A stretch of DNA of 64,000 nucleotides from Patellaria atrata CBS 101060 (lineage: Eukaryota): the NCBI GenBank assembly GCA_010093705.1, contig MU006092.1, forward strand, positions 1,320,350-1,384,349. Direction: 5' to 3'. Under the pieces are notes generated by a model. That model was given only the letters and a program-made list of their open reading frames with translations. It did not search any database and had not been told where the DNA came from. The position numbers were made by a program, and so were the translations under genes. Below, piece after piece: positions 49,283 through 62,585 of the stretch; within the stretch, counting starts at the first letter, position 1, and each line of letters opens with the position of its first letter.

Positions 49283-52130
49283 TGTGGCTGACGAGCAAAG
49301 ATCTAAGGGAGTGCTTCTGGAAGTATTCAAGAAGATGTACGAGAAAAAATTTAGGGACTTAATATGCAACCTGGTTGTACAACAGCGGGCGAAGGGCAAC
49401 CATTGGTAAGGAAAGTTCTTCGATAGATGCTTTCTTCATATAAAGATAAGCGTCTATCCAACGCCCTGGATTCAGGTAGTTCAGGTGTGCCGACACGCGA
49501 GATAATAATGATGCAGATGCTGAAGATCTTTGCGCTGCATAAACTGCCGAATGTCAAGATATGAAGAAGTATGTTGGTGTGTCTGGCAAGCGCTGAGCTA
49601 TGTGGATCTAATTGACAGCTCTTTAGTGAACAACGTGACATAGGGACGGCTTTATGGGAACTTTTACAGACTTTACTGCGTGAAACTTTGCCTCTCAGCC
49701 CTTTTTCACTGCGGCTAGCTTGAAAATGGGGCTCCAACGCCGATGTCTCCACGTGCGAAGACTGCGGGAGATAACCCCCGCGGGCGGATATCTGCTCTCT
49801 ACTGGTGGAAGCAAGGTGTTGGTACATGGATTATACGACGAGGCTTGGACAGACCGCCAAGGGACTGCATTGGGGATGATGAAAAGGGTCTTTTTCAAGC
49901 AATTGATCTTCCATGTGATAGATTTGTCAGTTCAATAGAGGACGTAGCGCGATCGGACGAAGCTTAGTTGTATCCTTGAACGGATACGTTATCCCCTCTT
50001 TGACCTCAAGATCTACATTTCGGTATATCAAATTCTGATAAGATGCGATTAGGGAGTGAACTTTTAGTGATGGAGAAATTCTATAACTCTATATGGGAAT
50101 ATGCAGATGGGAAGTTTCTAATCTGCAATCGGCAGACTTCTTCAAAGACCTGTGAAAGCCAAGTATAATGGACTGCACAAAAACTTCAAGTCTCGGGCTT
50201 GCGGATTTTTGATATCTGGTGTCCCAGAGCGATTTGAGACCAGAAGTCTGTAGATGTTCGGAAGATCGAGCTAGATCAGGCCATAGTCGAGAGACAGATT
50301 CATCTATCAACACCATCGAGCAAAAGCGTCTGCTGAATCAATATCACCTACATGTCGTTTTATCAACCTTTCATATATGAGACAATATGTTCGAGCGTCT
50401 CGACGGCCAAATGCGAACATAGAAAGAGAGGTTGACGCGAGAGTAGCTTCTCAACCATGGTATGGCCCGTCTACTTCATCTACATTTGAGGAAGAGCAAG
50501 GTAGTAAATCTGTAGATAGTATCTATAGTGAGGAGATCAATGATATAAAACTATTGAATTTGTGAACGTTGCAGCGGACACAGATCAGTGTCCGAACATT
50601 GAGCTGCTTGTGGAACAACGCGTGAAGGTTTCACTGAGCAAGAGAACTTCAAAACCGTGGGGCAACAGCTGTTTAATAAGTGATGAGCCGGGCGGCTAAA
50701 CAGTTTCCCATTTAAAGGTTGCTGCCTGCACTGTTTTAAGTTGCGATAAAAAGAAACTTGAGAGGAGGTGAAGGTCAAGGCTGGCTGCCAAGGTCTGAAG
50801 TTCTCCTTTCCAGATCATCGCGCAACTCCCGTCCCGCACAACTAAAATTGACGTCTACCCATAAAGAACCACACTCTGCATCAAAACTGTCAACGACTCC
50901 TGCTATGACGATGAGAAACCTCCGCCGATTGAGATGTACTGGAATACAGAGGTAACTCATAGCAGAAATGCTAGAGGTATGCATGAGCCATCTCCTAGAA
51001 TCATTCTCCTCAAGCAATAAAAGCAAAGTTAATTCTTCCTCACCAACGGCTTCCTTGTCTTCATTTATTTCTTAACAACTTCTCGTACCCCGCACTACAA
51101 TTTTCATGTAGTCCCATTGATGGCACCAAGTCAACATCAGGCTGAATTTTGCACCCTGGCTCACATCGACATAAACTACATCCCTCATGAATACCCAACC
51201 CAGTCCTTATTCTTCAGGCACTGGTCTGATTTCATCCACTACGCAGTACAGATTCTGAGATGTGGTTGAGGTGGCGACTTAGTGAAACGTATTGACCAAT
51301 CATACATGCGTTACTGTCCACCGACTGGTCGAGAAATAGAGTGCTGATAGTATTACGCCATCCTTGCGTGGATCCATTAAGAACCATATCGGCATTAGGT
51401 ATCCATTGGCTATCTACTTATTGCTTTTATACAGCAGATGGCATCTCGAAGTTACAAGTTGAACTTCTACAGATGAAGGATTTTCCAGGAAGACTCAGAG
51501 CTAGTGATATGTGGAAACGTGTCACGGCTCATGACATCTGCTCTACGATGCCCTTATGTTGCAGAGATGACTTGGTCTTCAGGAGAGGTGTTGTCCCTTT
51601 GGGTATCCCGTCGACAAATGGCATGAACAATGCTGCGAACCTTTCTCTTGAGCTCATATCTAGTTATCAGGGAAAGATTATCATTGGCTACATCGCTATT
51701 TGATAGATCTTTACTAAGCATGATCATTGAGGGTGCGTGCGTCCTTCTTTCTAAAAGCTGATATTACTTCCCCGGATCGGCAGACCTGCACGCAAGGATG
51801 ACTTTCATATACAGATGACAGAATGAATCTAGGCGATTTATCATACCGAATATTCCCCTGTAATCTTTCGAATTTGTGTGTCTGTCTATAACGATGCTAT
51901 CTCAACAGCCAATGTGAATTGGCGCCTTAAAAATATTTCTCCTTACTCCCTGTCATATATCATGCAAAGACGGTAATGTTAAGGTCGAACTCTTCTTTTG
52001 AGTTTTGTATTTACATGGCCACATAAGCCTTTCTAGCGCTTTGTGTCCTCGTCTCTCTTCCCTCCTTCGTCACTTTGCTGATACGTACTCAAAGGAATAT
52101 CTTCTTTGAATCGAAACCCACTAATTCAGT

Positions 52131-53646
52131 ATGCCCGTGTTCAGAAGACAGTCACAGTCACAGTTTGCTGGACCACCTCCAACGCCCGAGTTTCTGGCAT
52201 ACAACAACAAAAATGAGATCATATCGATAACGTCTACTGTGACCGGGATCGCACTCATCGTCGTCCTACTAAGAGTCTATGTCAGATCTTTCATGCTAGG
52301 TGTCTTCGGAATCGATGATTATATCATGCTGGTTTCAATGGTATTTCGACCTTCAAAGTATTCTCGGCAAACCACTGAAGTCTAATGTCTTGCAAGGCTA
52401 TATCTAGCTTCGTTGCGGTTTGCTTCGGCATGGAAACTAAGTACGGACTCGGCAAACATATGATGGCCATAGATCGTCCTATGTTCTCAGACCTCTCGAA
52501 GTGGACCTTTTTTCATGCACTCTTTGTAATGATTGCAATCAGCTGTGTAAAGATATCCATTGCGTTCTTTCTTCTACGTTTAGCTTCAAGGACAAGATAT
52601 AAGAAATTACTTTGGGGAGCTGTTGGTAAGGATCACTAGTGCAACGGAAAGGAGTTTGCTAATCCTTTCCCCAGTATTCATCGTGGTCTTTACTATTGCC
52701 TGTTCATTTACTTTGATCTTCCAGTGTACTCCTGTCAGTGCAGCTTGGAATTACAGTCTTCGAGCACCAACTGGCACGGCCAGGTGCTTCACGATGTTGC
52801 AGTACAGAAACATAGGTTTGATGAACAGCTGTAAGCTTATCCGGGACTTGAACTAAGCTTACAAATATATGCTAACCAAGACAGCAATAAATATTGCAAC
52901 AGACGTACTCTTCGCTGTTCTGCCGATTCCTCTGATCTTATCATTGAAAGTCAATAGACGAACAAAAATCTCCCTGACTTTGATTCTTAGTCTGGGTATT
53001 TTGTAAGTGATATCATGATGTATCCACATTATCGCAGCGCTAAGAATACATAGTGCATGCGCAGCTGGTATGGTCAAAGCTGTACAGCAGTACCATGTTC
53101 TCACGGATAGGGATTGGACAGTGTAAGTTCTGTTAACGTTATCATCTTCAAAAACCATCTCTGATATTGCTAGACACGATTCATTTAACGTCTGGAATGA
53201 GTAAGTACGAATTGTATTGTTCGTTTCTGGGAAATACTGATAAAAAAAAAAGCATCGAGCTTAATGTCGGTATCGTTGCAGCAAGCCTCCCGAGTCTCAA
53301 GCCACTGTTCGCCTGGATGCTTGATTCTGCCCGCGCCCTCACCAACAACAGCGAAAACCGCTCCCGTCCACGCTCGATCTACCCTCGCAATTCCTCCCTC
53401 GGATATCTCAAGCAAGATGAAGCTTCCAGCATTGCGATGAGCAGCGTCAGGGGAAGCGACGGCAAAGACTCGCCGCGTGTACAAAGTGGAAGGCTCTCCG
53501 AACTTCGCGCAGCGCGATTCGGGGATGAGAAGGGTGTCATCTGGGAGATCGGTGAACGGAGTGACTCTCCGGTGGTTCCACTGGCCGGTCGACATGGGAT
53601 TGTACGGACGACCGAGGTTAGGGTTGATACGGGGAATAATTTCTGA
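52131..53646 (+). CDS. PTH11-like (fungal rhodopsin-domain) integral membrane protein lacking CFEM, ~7 exons
   Basis: VVLLRVYVR..FGIDDY, YGLGKH, KISIAFFLLRL, IFQCTPVSAAW, NIATDVLFAVLPIP, ILSLG, IELNVGIVAASLPSLKPLF. Six short GT-AG introns. Confidence 0.9.
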
Positions 53647-55785
53647 TACCATTACCACTGGGATCTATTGGGAAGGCGAACGGCGTTAATCTGGGTACTA
53701 CTTTAGGGAGTTATAATACCATGTCAGCGTCTTAGATCATCTATGCTAAGAATGTTTATTCAATACAGACAAATGTGTCGAGCCCTTGTGGCCAATTATG
53801 AACAGTTCTAAGTATTTAACAGGCCGCTACATTCATACCGGCCCGTGAAATGGAAAAGCAATACCGGCCTCACCGAGGGGAATCAGCTCCCTATCATAAC
53901 ACTCTTCACACCGAAACGATCCGAGAGCATGTTCAAGGTGCAAAGAGTAAGAAACACCCCCCAATTCCGTGGAGCCACGTTTTCATCCACGTTTAACGCA
54001 CTCCGGACACGTCCGCCCGACTAACGCACAGTATGAGCCAAGCGCCCCGACGTCTAATGGGCAAGACCCACATTCAATGGTTCGGACCTCTTATCCCCAG
54101 TGTCTAAGCTGTTGAGAAAAGAAAAGAGGAAGTTGGATAGGGAAGGGGAGGAGGTGGGGTTATATACCTATCTAAGACGCTAATATCAGTTATATCATAA
54201 AGGTGACCTGTCAACAAGCCAGCAAATGGACAAGATAATGCAGATGGTCAGATGGCCAGAAAACTACAGTCATACCATACCCCTCTTGACCCCTTGAGTC
54301 ATCCCCCTACAGTCACCATCCCTCTTCCTCAACCATGAAACCCCCTACCTCCCTCACCCTGTCTTCCCTTCTCATCCACAGTCTGAGCGAGACATCCACA
54401 AACTCCCGATGACTGGGATCTCAGGTACATTGGGAGCGATGAGCTTCTAATTTGAGGTTCTACTGCCGGGAGGATCGGTATGTCGCAGGCATGTCATTGC
54501 GGAGGGAGGAGGGCTGGCGATGATGGCTGGGACAAACTTACAGTATTGTTGGGATGATGCTGGGGGGCCGCTTTGGCGTTACGGGAATTGCCGGGGGTGC
54601 ATTTTGTCTGGTTAGGACTCAGGTTCTTTAACTAATTGATAAGCTTAGACCTATCTCATTGGAGCTGAGATGGCGAAGCTGAGGGTTATAATCTACACCA
54701 CCACCGTGTTTGAAAGGGTAAACAGCACCACCAAACAGTGTGTTACGGCCACAAGTTGTAAGAACATGCAGACAACGAGTGAGGGGAAGGAAGGAACACC
54801 ACTCGGGAGAACTGCGGGTGGAACGAGAGATAGAGAATCACGTGACCCAGACATTGGTCGCTTGGTCGCGCTGGTCGCAGTGAACGACCAACGACCAGAA
54901 CGACCAGAGTGTAGATACACCAAATTGACTATGGAGGATAGGAATATTTAAGGACGGTCTTTCCCTCATGTATTTAGATTCTTCGTAGTTATTCTTACCA
55001 TCAATCTTACCCATAGATTTGGATGTTACGGTTTTGAACTCGACTTCACTTGTTACGCTGTTTTTGTTACGCTGTTTCCATACAGTACGTCTTGTCTCAT
55101 TGTGAGCGTTACCCGAAGTCAAGGAGTCAGCAAGTTGTGTCGACAACTTGAAGTGCCTTGTTATACGTATCCTATCACTTTGCCAAACCTGCCCCAGTGG
55201 TTGACCACGTTAAGTGAGAAGCCAGGCGCGTTTCTAGACTTATCCAGTTCTGTCTTGATAAGTATAGACTCCCGTTGTAACACAGTGACGACAAACCCCA
55301 TCCTCCCCATCCCAATAAATTTCTTCCACAATATACCTTATTTGAATCCAGACGACAGAAACCCAACCCACCTCCCGATGGCGAATAAAGGTGTCGAACC
55401 GACTTCTTCTTGCCTACCCACCGTGTAGTTCTGACCCTCGAGACTGTGTCTTGAAAAGAGAGATTGGAGGGATTGGATGGGTGAGAAGGGTTTTATAGGT
55501 CTACTGGATACCCAAGCGTGTGTGAAGACTTAGGTCTGCAGGGCGACTCGGATGGTCTATACTGCACAGGCGACCGTTGACGGAGGTGGTCACGATGTCG
55601 GTACGGTAGAATGACAGCTCTGCATGCCGATCACAGGAGTCTCCTGTTAAGAGTGAAGAGAGTTTCAGATATCGGTCTCATCTCATCTCGAACCCAAGTA
55701 AAGTAAAATATACTACAACCCTCACACAACCCTCATACCCCCCCAAACCCACCAAAACCCCATGCAAAGGTATCTAATCAACCCC

Positions 55786-58558
55786 TTAATACCACACACC
55801 CCCGACCCCCCCCTTAAGACTCCCACCACCTCCACCCACGTCCCCAGGCTCAACCCCAACATCCATCCCAAACTCCATAACCATATCATCCCAACTCGCC
55901 CAATTCACATCCTCGACCGCGCACATCTGCAACGGGGACGTCTCCGCACTGCCACTACCGGCACTACTATCCCCGGGATCAAGCACACCCCCACCACCCC
56001 CATTACCATTCCCCTTAATACTCTCGTTGATAGTCGGTGACATAACAAGCCCAGCAAACGGGTCCAGCGCGTTAAACCAATCCGCATACCCCTGCGCGTA
56101 CGCGTACGCGTTATCCGGGTTCGCCGCCAAATCGTAGAGATCGCGGAGTGGGATATCGGCATGCATCCGCACGTCCTCCCCTCCACCACCACAACCATCC
56201 ACCCCTTGTTTACCTCGTTGCTGTGTTTGTGCTTCCGAAGCCCGCTGCTCGGCCTGCCGATACAGTTGACACAACCTCGATCCCCCCATCTCCAAGCCCT
56301 CCACACCCTCCATCCTCGCAGACGGCGCCGTGCGCGCCGAGAACGTAGGTCCGTCCATCGCACCAACGCCAGGAACCTTGTGACCCCACGGTGTGCGCGC
56401 GCCTACAAAGCCCTCGAAGATCTCCTGGTCGGGACCACGGTCGCCGTTGCGCTCAATCTCCTCCGCACCGCTGATGGGGTTTAAATCGCTACTGCGGAGC
56501 GCGGAACCGAAGCTCTTCGGCAAAGGCGCCGTGCTGAATCCACCGCCGCGGGTGGCCGCGAGCTGTTCCTTGAGAGCATTGGCGCGGGCGGCGCGGGCCT
56601 TGCGGACGAGGATGCGGAGGGGACGCCAGAGGCCGGAGCAGCGAGCTCTTTTCTTCTCCGGGTCCTGGCCCTCGAGTTGGCGGGCCGAGACGGTTTCGAT
56701 GGCGCGCCAGGCCCTTGCGACGAGGGGGCCTCGGGTGCGGACGCAGAGTTCGGTGAGGAGGAAGGCGATGGCATGCCATTGGACGTAGGTCCTGACGAGC
56801 CAGCCCCACTTCATGGTCCTACGCTCCGTCTCGAGGAGGAGGGAGTATTCCACGTTTTCGAGGCTCGTGACGAAGAGGCGGTCTTTCGTTTCCTGGGGGA
56901 GGGAGGCGCCGCCGTCGAGGCGTTGGAAGGGGTGGTACACCATTAGCCACATCTTGGACATGATGAGCCGGGAGACGGTCGCGATGACCCAGTACATTGG
57001 GATACTCATGTCGCAGTCTTTGAGATATTTTTCCTCGACGCGGGTGTGGCATTCTCGGATCCATTCTTCTTTCTTCTCGAGCGGGATTTCACTGAGGAAT
57101 TCGCTGCAACGGACGGGGCCGGGAGGGACGTATTGGATCCGGCGGTAAGTGTTCGCGACCTCAAAGCGGATGAGACAGAATGTCATGTCGGTGCAACCGG
57201 TTCTGGAGGGAGGGAAGTCCTTCATTTCAGGGTAAATGTCCGTGTCGTTTACGTTCAGGGGCAATTTAGTGTCAAATAGTGCTTCTACGATGGTTGGGTC
57301 ACAGCCGTGGTCTTCGCTCGCTCGAGAATCGAGAACGCATACCTGCCACCATAGACGTCTTCTCATTTCGATTTCGAACGGGGATAGATCAAAGTGACTA
57401 CCGTCTCGGTGAATACCCAATGTTTGCGCTATCCGCACAACAAGGCCAGTGAGAGTCCAGATAACGCGTGCATCAGCGTTGCGGCGCAGTAGAATTAGGA
57501 AGATGACAAAAGCTTGAAGTACGATCATTTCGTCCGTGACGAGGAAGTTTGCTCTTGCGAGGGCCTGTTCTAGGGCGAACTTGTATTTCAAGAGCAACGA
57601 ATTCCGATCTTCGCCTAACTCTCGAAGACAGTCCTCCGGTTGAAGACTTGTCGCGACTCCATAATAGATGGCGAACATGAGTGCTTCCATACCTTTTGGG
57701 ATGCTATCCAGATTGACTGCAGCATTTAAGATCTTCGGTTCCATAGTTGGGATGTGCAGTATCTTGACTAATGTATCGACGTTATCTTTGTAAATATCCC
57801 AATATTTGGGTATCATGGCGGGCGGCGGATGTAAGGATAACATGTCGATGTTAGACGAACTAAAACTGAATATATACCCCTGACTATTCTGGGAGAATAC
57901 CGAATCGGGAGAGGAATGGTCCTGTTCTTCATCCGTGCTATCATTTAGGATACCTTTGAGATCCTCAACCTACACCAGAGATACATCAGTTTGACCAGCA
58001 CACCCTCTTTTAGTTGGGTAAACCTACCTCATTGCTCAAACTGGCCCAATAACTGTTATTGATATACCTACTCCTCCCCTCATCAACCACCAACCTTCCA
58101 AACCTCGTCTCCAAGCCATTAACATGGGTGTCCTCTTTAGTCTTCCTTCTGAACTCCTCCCTTCTCTCTATATCCTTTGCCTTCTCCAGCGCAAGTGAAC
58201 ACTGCTCCGGATTTGGCCTGCTGGCTGTCGTCTCAAGCTTTCGATTTGCCTCCTCAGCCAAGGCCTGCTCCTCCTCAACTTGTAGTCCCAAACTCTTGAC
58301 CACACCCTCTAACTTGCGTAGCCGTTCGATGAGCTCTCCGTCTGCAGGTTTGCGGGGCTTACGCGGTGCCCTCCCTGGGGAAGGGTATACGCATTCGATG
58401 TGTTGCCGAGTACAGTTGGTGCAGGGCTGTTTCTTGTCACATTTAACTTTACGTTTGCGACAGGTAACGCAGGAGCGGGGGTTGAGGCCGTTACTGGAGC
58501 CGTTCGTCGTGACAGCGGAGGAAGCGCTGGGCTTCTGGACGCGATATTGATCCTCCAT
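55786..58558 (-). CDS. Zn(II)2Cys6 transcription factor with Fungal_trans domain; 2 exons (58558-58028, 57969-55786)
   Basis: SCVTCRKRKVKCDKKQPCTNCTRQHIECVYP, GRLVVDEGRSRYINNSYWASL. Intron 58027-57970 (GTAGGT..CTGAT..TAG). LHPPP, KILHIPT, VRIAQTLGIHRDG, EMRRRLWWQVCVLDSRASED. Confidence 0.95.
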
Positions 58559-60621
58559 ATCGACTGTATACGGTATAGAACGGTTCTAGCGGAGGAAATG
58601 TGTTAGAATGTAACGTCGAGTTACTATTTCACACTGTGAACTCTCATCAGAGAGTCTACTGCTATTCCGTGGCGGGGAATGTTGAAAATGGTATTGTTTG
58701 GGGGGCCTTAAAGTGCATCTACGAAGAGTCAAGACGGTAATGTGGGTGTCCAAATCGTAGATTTCCCCCGGTATTCTTAAGGCCTAGTTCAATCTGATAA
58801 CTCCGTGAGTTAGTGTATTATTGAGTGTTAGCTCCGAAATCGTTCCATCTCTTCCCAGGCCGGAGTGATTCCCTCATAAGTCGAAGGTGAAAAAAGATGC
58901 AGTTGCTTATAAACGCACCCCTAAGGTCACCGCATGCATATGAAAGCGCCCCTAGCTCCAGTTTGGGTAAAACGTCATCATCTCTACATATCACCATGAA
59001 CGGCACCAACGAATATCGAATTATATTCATCAATAACAACAATCTTACAGAAGTACAGTATGCACATGGTAGAAGTGAAGGATCATGGCGGGATAACAAG
59101 CTTCCGCAAGCATTCGAGTCCAGTACCTTTTTCTATTTAGGGATATCTGAAAAGGCTTTCATGAGTTCGGCGAATCAGATGGAGTGGAAGGGTATTCGGA
59201 TGCCTACGACAACTTGTCGGATACTATACAGTAATACAATTCACGAAATATATATCATTTATATATCAGTTTGCCGGATAGTTCGTTCACATGTGTTAAG
59301 GTACTTGAAAGCACCTAGGATAACGTCAGTTACTACTCGAACAGAGGTACTGTACAATAAAATATTGATCGCGTAACGGAGAGAGGCAATGATCCGCACT
59401 GCTTTGTCTTCTCATGAACGCAAGAGAATGGAATGTCATAAGATACCACCATGATGAGCAGTCACCAGTCCCGTGCTAGTACTTTTACACACATGTCAGA
59501 TACTGTACGGAGTAGTTCTAGTCAAAAGCAACATTACCCTTTTGACCAAAAGCGAGGGTGCACTCTTCAAGTACCATACCTAAACCGATCCACATACAGT
59601 ACTGTACAATCACCGCACGCAATCCAATCCTATAACCCAAAGCAATTCCCAATTCGCAATTCCAAACAATAATAACAAAGTGCATAAACTATAAAATTCC
59701 TCTATTAAAGAAATAGGAGCCTAATAAGCAGGGGTTTGCCACGTCGAGTGCACTACCTAACCACACCCTCCCCACGTGTTCCGACCACTGGGTTACAGCG
59801 GTGCGACTTTACTGCAAGGGACGATCAACACACCGGACGGTGACCTAAGATAGGGGGTTGACTAAAGAATATACCTTACTCGTATTTCAACTTCGACTTC
59901 GACTTCAACTTAAAGCTAGAGCAGTCTCTACATCGTTCCCGGTTTCCACTGCTATGAAAATGCTTTCGTCGGCTAAATGACCCTGCGGAGAGACAAAGGG
60001 GAGTGAATGGCCCCCTACATCACGAAAATACTCAAAATCTGGCCATCGGTACCGAAGCCCGGAAGATCCGAGTCATAAAGTTAAATGGAAGTAAGAGAAA
60101 GAGCTTCAAGAGACCAGGAAATCCTCACGGCACGAACACCGTGAACCAGGCCACAATAATGAATTATTAATATCAGACTGGATCGGATTTTACATTTTCT
60201 CACATACAACATCTTATCCTCAAAGTCCAAGCCCAGCAGAGAGGACAGCTCTGTACTGTACAAAACAACCGGAACCTCCAATTCAAAATGCAAAATCAAC
60301 GCCCCCCCCAAATGCAATGAAACCACATGGCAAACGAAAAGAAAAAAAGGAGAGCACAAGTTACCGTATGATCACTAAAATGGTTTAGAATTGTACAAGA
60401 TACAACAACAACCCCTCCCCAGGAATAAATGAGAAAGAAATATTTTAGAGTTGACAGGGTTGTAAAGTGGATCGAGTCAAGCAATGGGGTATCTTATCGA
60501 CAAGTTGAAAAAGGTTTAAGACGCTCGGATGAAGATGCATGTTTGCACACTGAGATCATTCGAATAAGTGGATTTCCGAGTCTTTTAGGTTTCGTCTTGG
60601 AATCATGTGCTTTTGCGCTCA

Positions 60622-61670
60622 TCATGCTTGGAAGCGCTTTCCGATTTTCGGTTGCGACTTTTGCTGCTGTTTTTGTGGCTGCTTTTTACCATCTTGTGGT
60701 TTTTTCCTGCTGACTGTCAGTTCCAGATTCCCTTTTCGGAGATATATGACCACTTCACAAAGGATACATGCGTCTGAATGGAAGGGGAAAGATGGTTGGT
60801 CGAAACTTACTTTGGCGCGAATTTCCACTCCATCGTTGCCGAATCGAAATGGTGATCCGCAAAATCCACCTGGGTCAACGATTTGGCGCCATACTCCTTC
60901 TCGAGAAGCTGGGAGTACGCATACGGTATCTTGACCGGTGTGTTCTCAAAATAGCTATCACGGAGCGGGAATAGATGCGTTCGCTCATATCGATGACGAT
61001 CTTTGCATCTCATCTTTCCTAGCTCTCCAGTCGGATCGGCCTCAACATCTTGTCTCAAGGCAGCAATATCGATGAACATTCCAGTGTTGATATCTATCCA
61101 ACGTGCATCGATGACGTTGTGTCTATCCGTCAAGCTGCCGTTAGTGTAATGCGGGTTTACTTCGATCATGTAATCTCTCGGCTTCTCCTCTCCAGGGAAG
61201 TGGTAATGATGGATGGTCATATTGTAGTAGGAAGCCATGTATTCCATACTCGTTAAGGACATTTGAACGTCGAGGTCACTATCCCAAGGCATTATTTTAC
61301 GGTTCCACCACCAACCCAGCAGGGTACCGTGCATGATCCATGTCTCGATACCGATATCATTCATAGTACTAAGGTAGGTCTTAACAAGAGCTTGGAGATG
61401 AGGAAGACGCTCACTGGGCGGTAGAGCGCGGTCTGCGAAGCGACCGTCGATGTGAGGGTGGAACTAGATTCATGTCAGATTGTTGCAGCATCGGGAACTG
61501 AATGCAGGACTTGCAGTAGATTCATGAAAGTATTTCTGTCCTGTCTTATCACCACCTTTACCACTATGGTCTTTTTCCAGATGTACTCGCACACTGGCGA
61601 AGTCAGCGTCAGCCGCCACCAAGCCCACGACTCCAGCGATGAGGAGGGCTAGAGAGTTTCTAAGAATCAT
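60622..61670 (-). CDS. LicD-family nucleotidyl/phosphotransferase (Mnn4-like mannosylphosphorylation protein), 3 exons
   Basis: Signal/anchor MILRNSLALLIAGVVGLVAA, KYFHES|..HIDGRFA, ETWIMHGTLLGWWWN, PWDSDLDVQ (DxD), NVIDARWID..GMFIDI, CKDRH, LFPLR. Last exon KKKPQDGKKQPQK...KRFQA* after a GTAAGT..CTGAC..CAG intron. Confidence 0.9.
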
Positions 61671-62485
61671 GTTTGCTGTGTCTTCTGATATTATATTATC
61701 GCTCTCGGTACATATTATGAGGATGAAAGAGGTGGAAGAGTAAGTTCTGAGGGAAGTATAGGGGTTTTGTTGGTCGTTCGTCAGCACTCAGGGTGAGATG
61801 TCGCGTGCCTCAGCTGAAGTTAGTAAGGAGTTACGGGTAGGGCTGTGAAGCGGTCGGCAAGGGGAATTTTGCGCTTCTGATCTTCTCGAAGATGGTGAGT
61901 GTAACTATGCAGTAAGATTGAGTCACTAAAGGAGCGAATGTATGTACAAAGAGTAGGTCGGAAAAGACGGAGAACAGAGGGTGGAGTTGCAACCAGAAGT
62001 CGTACACTCGTACTACTGGGTTTGCCATCCTCAAGAAGTCAGACATGACGGCGTACACCCAAGCTTGAGTTGCTTTCAGGCCGGCAAGCAAAACACCGCT
62101 ACTGCAAAAGCCAGGCTATCCAGCCCTGTACGGATGTAATCCAAGAGGCTTACACATGCGAGAGTCAACTTTCTATTCGTCGAATACAAGGTTTGCTTGA
62201 AACGAACGGCATTTCTTCTCCGACAGACACGTAAGACTCTGTATTTTTCAACGTTGAAGCGGTTACAGACGAAACCTTGCTGGCGGTTTTAATTTTTGAA
62301 CCTGCTTTAATACAGAGCTGCCCCGCAGACAGTTTGAGAGTGACTGAGGTGTGAGGTTACGGAGGACGGAGCACTCTAAACTTTCACCTGTTACCTGCTA
62401 TGTTCTAGCGCTGCTTTCAAATAGAGCTCATGTTTGAACAACTCCGGAGCGTGTTCGCTACCTTTCTCGTGTCTATGGAAATGAA

Positions 62486-62585
62486 NNNNNNNNNNNNNNN
62501 NNNNNNNNNNNNNNNNNNNNNNNNNNNNNNNNNNNNNNNNNNNNNNNNNNNNNNNNNNNNNNNNNNNNNNNNNNNNNNNNNNNNN
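62486..62585. other. Assembly gap (100 N)
   Basis: Run of N, followed by poly-A and short atatcttttg repeats. Confidence 1.

Noticed and set aside
50377..51030. Possible decayed gene between tyrosinase and PTH11-like genes
   Set aside because: Only short frames with no recognisable motif or splice pattern, so support is insufficient
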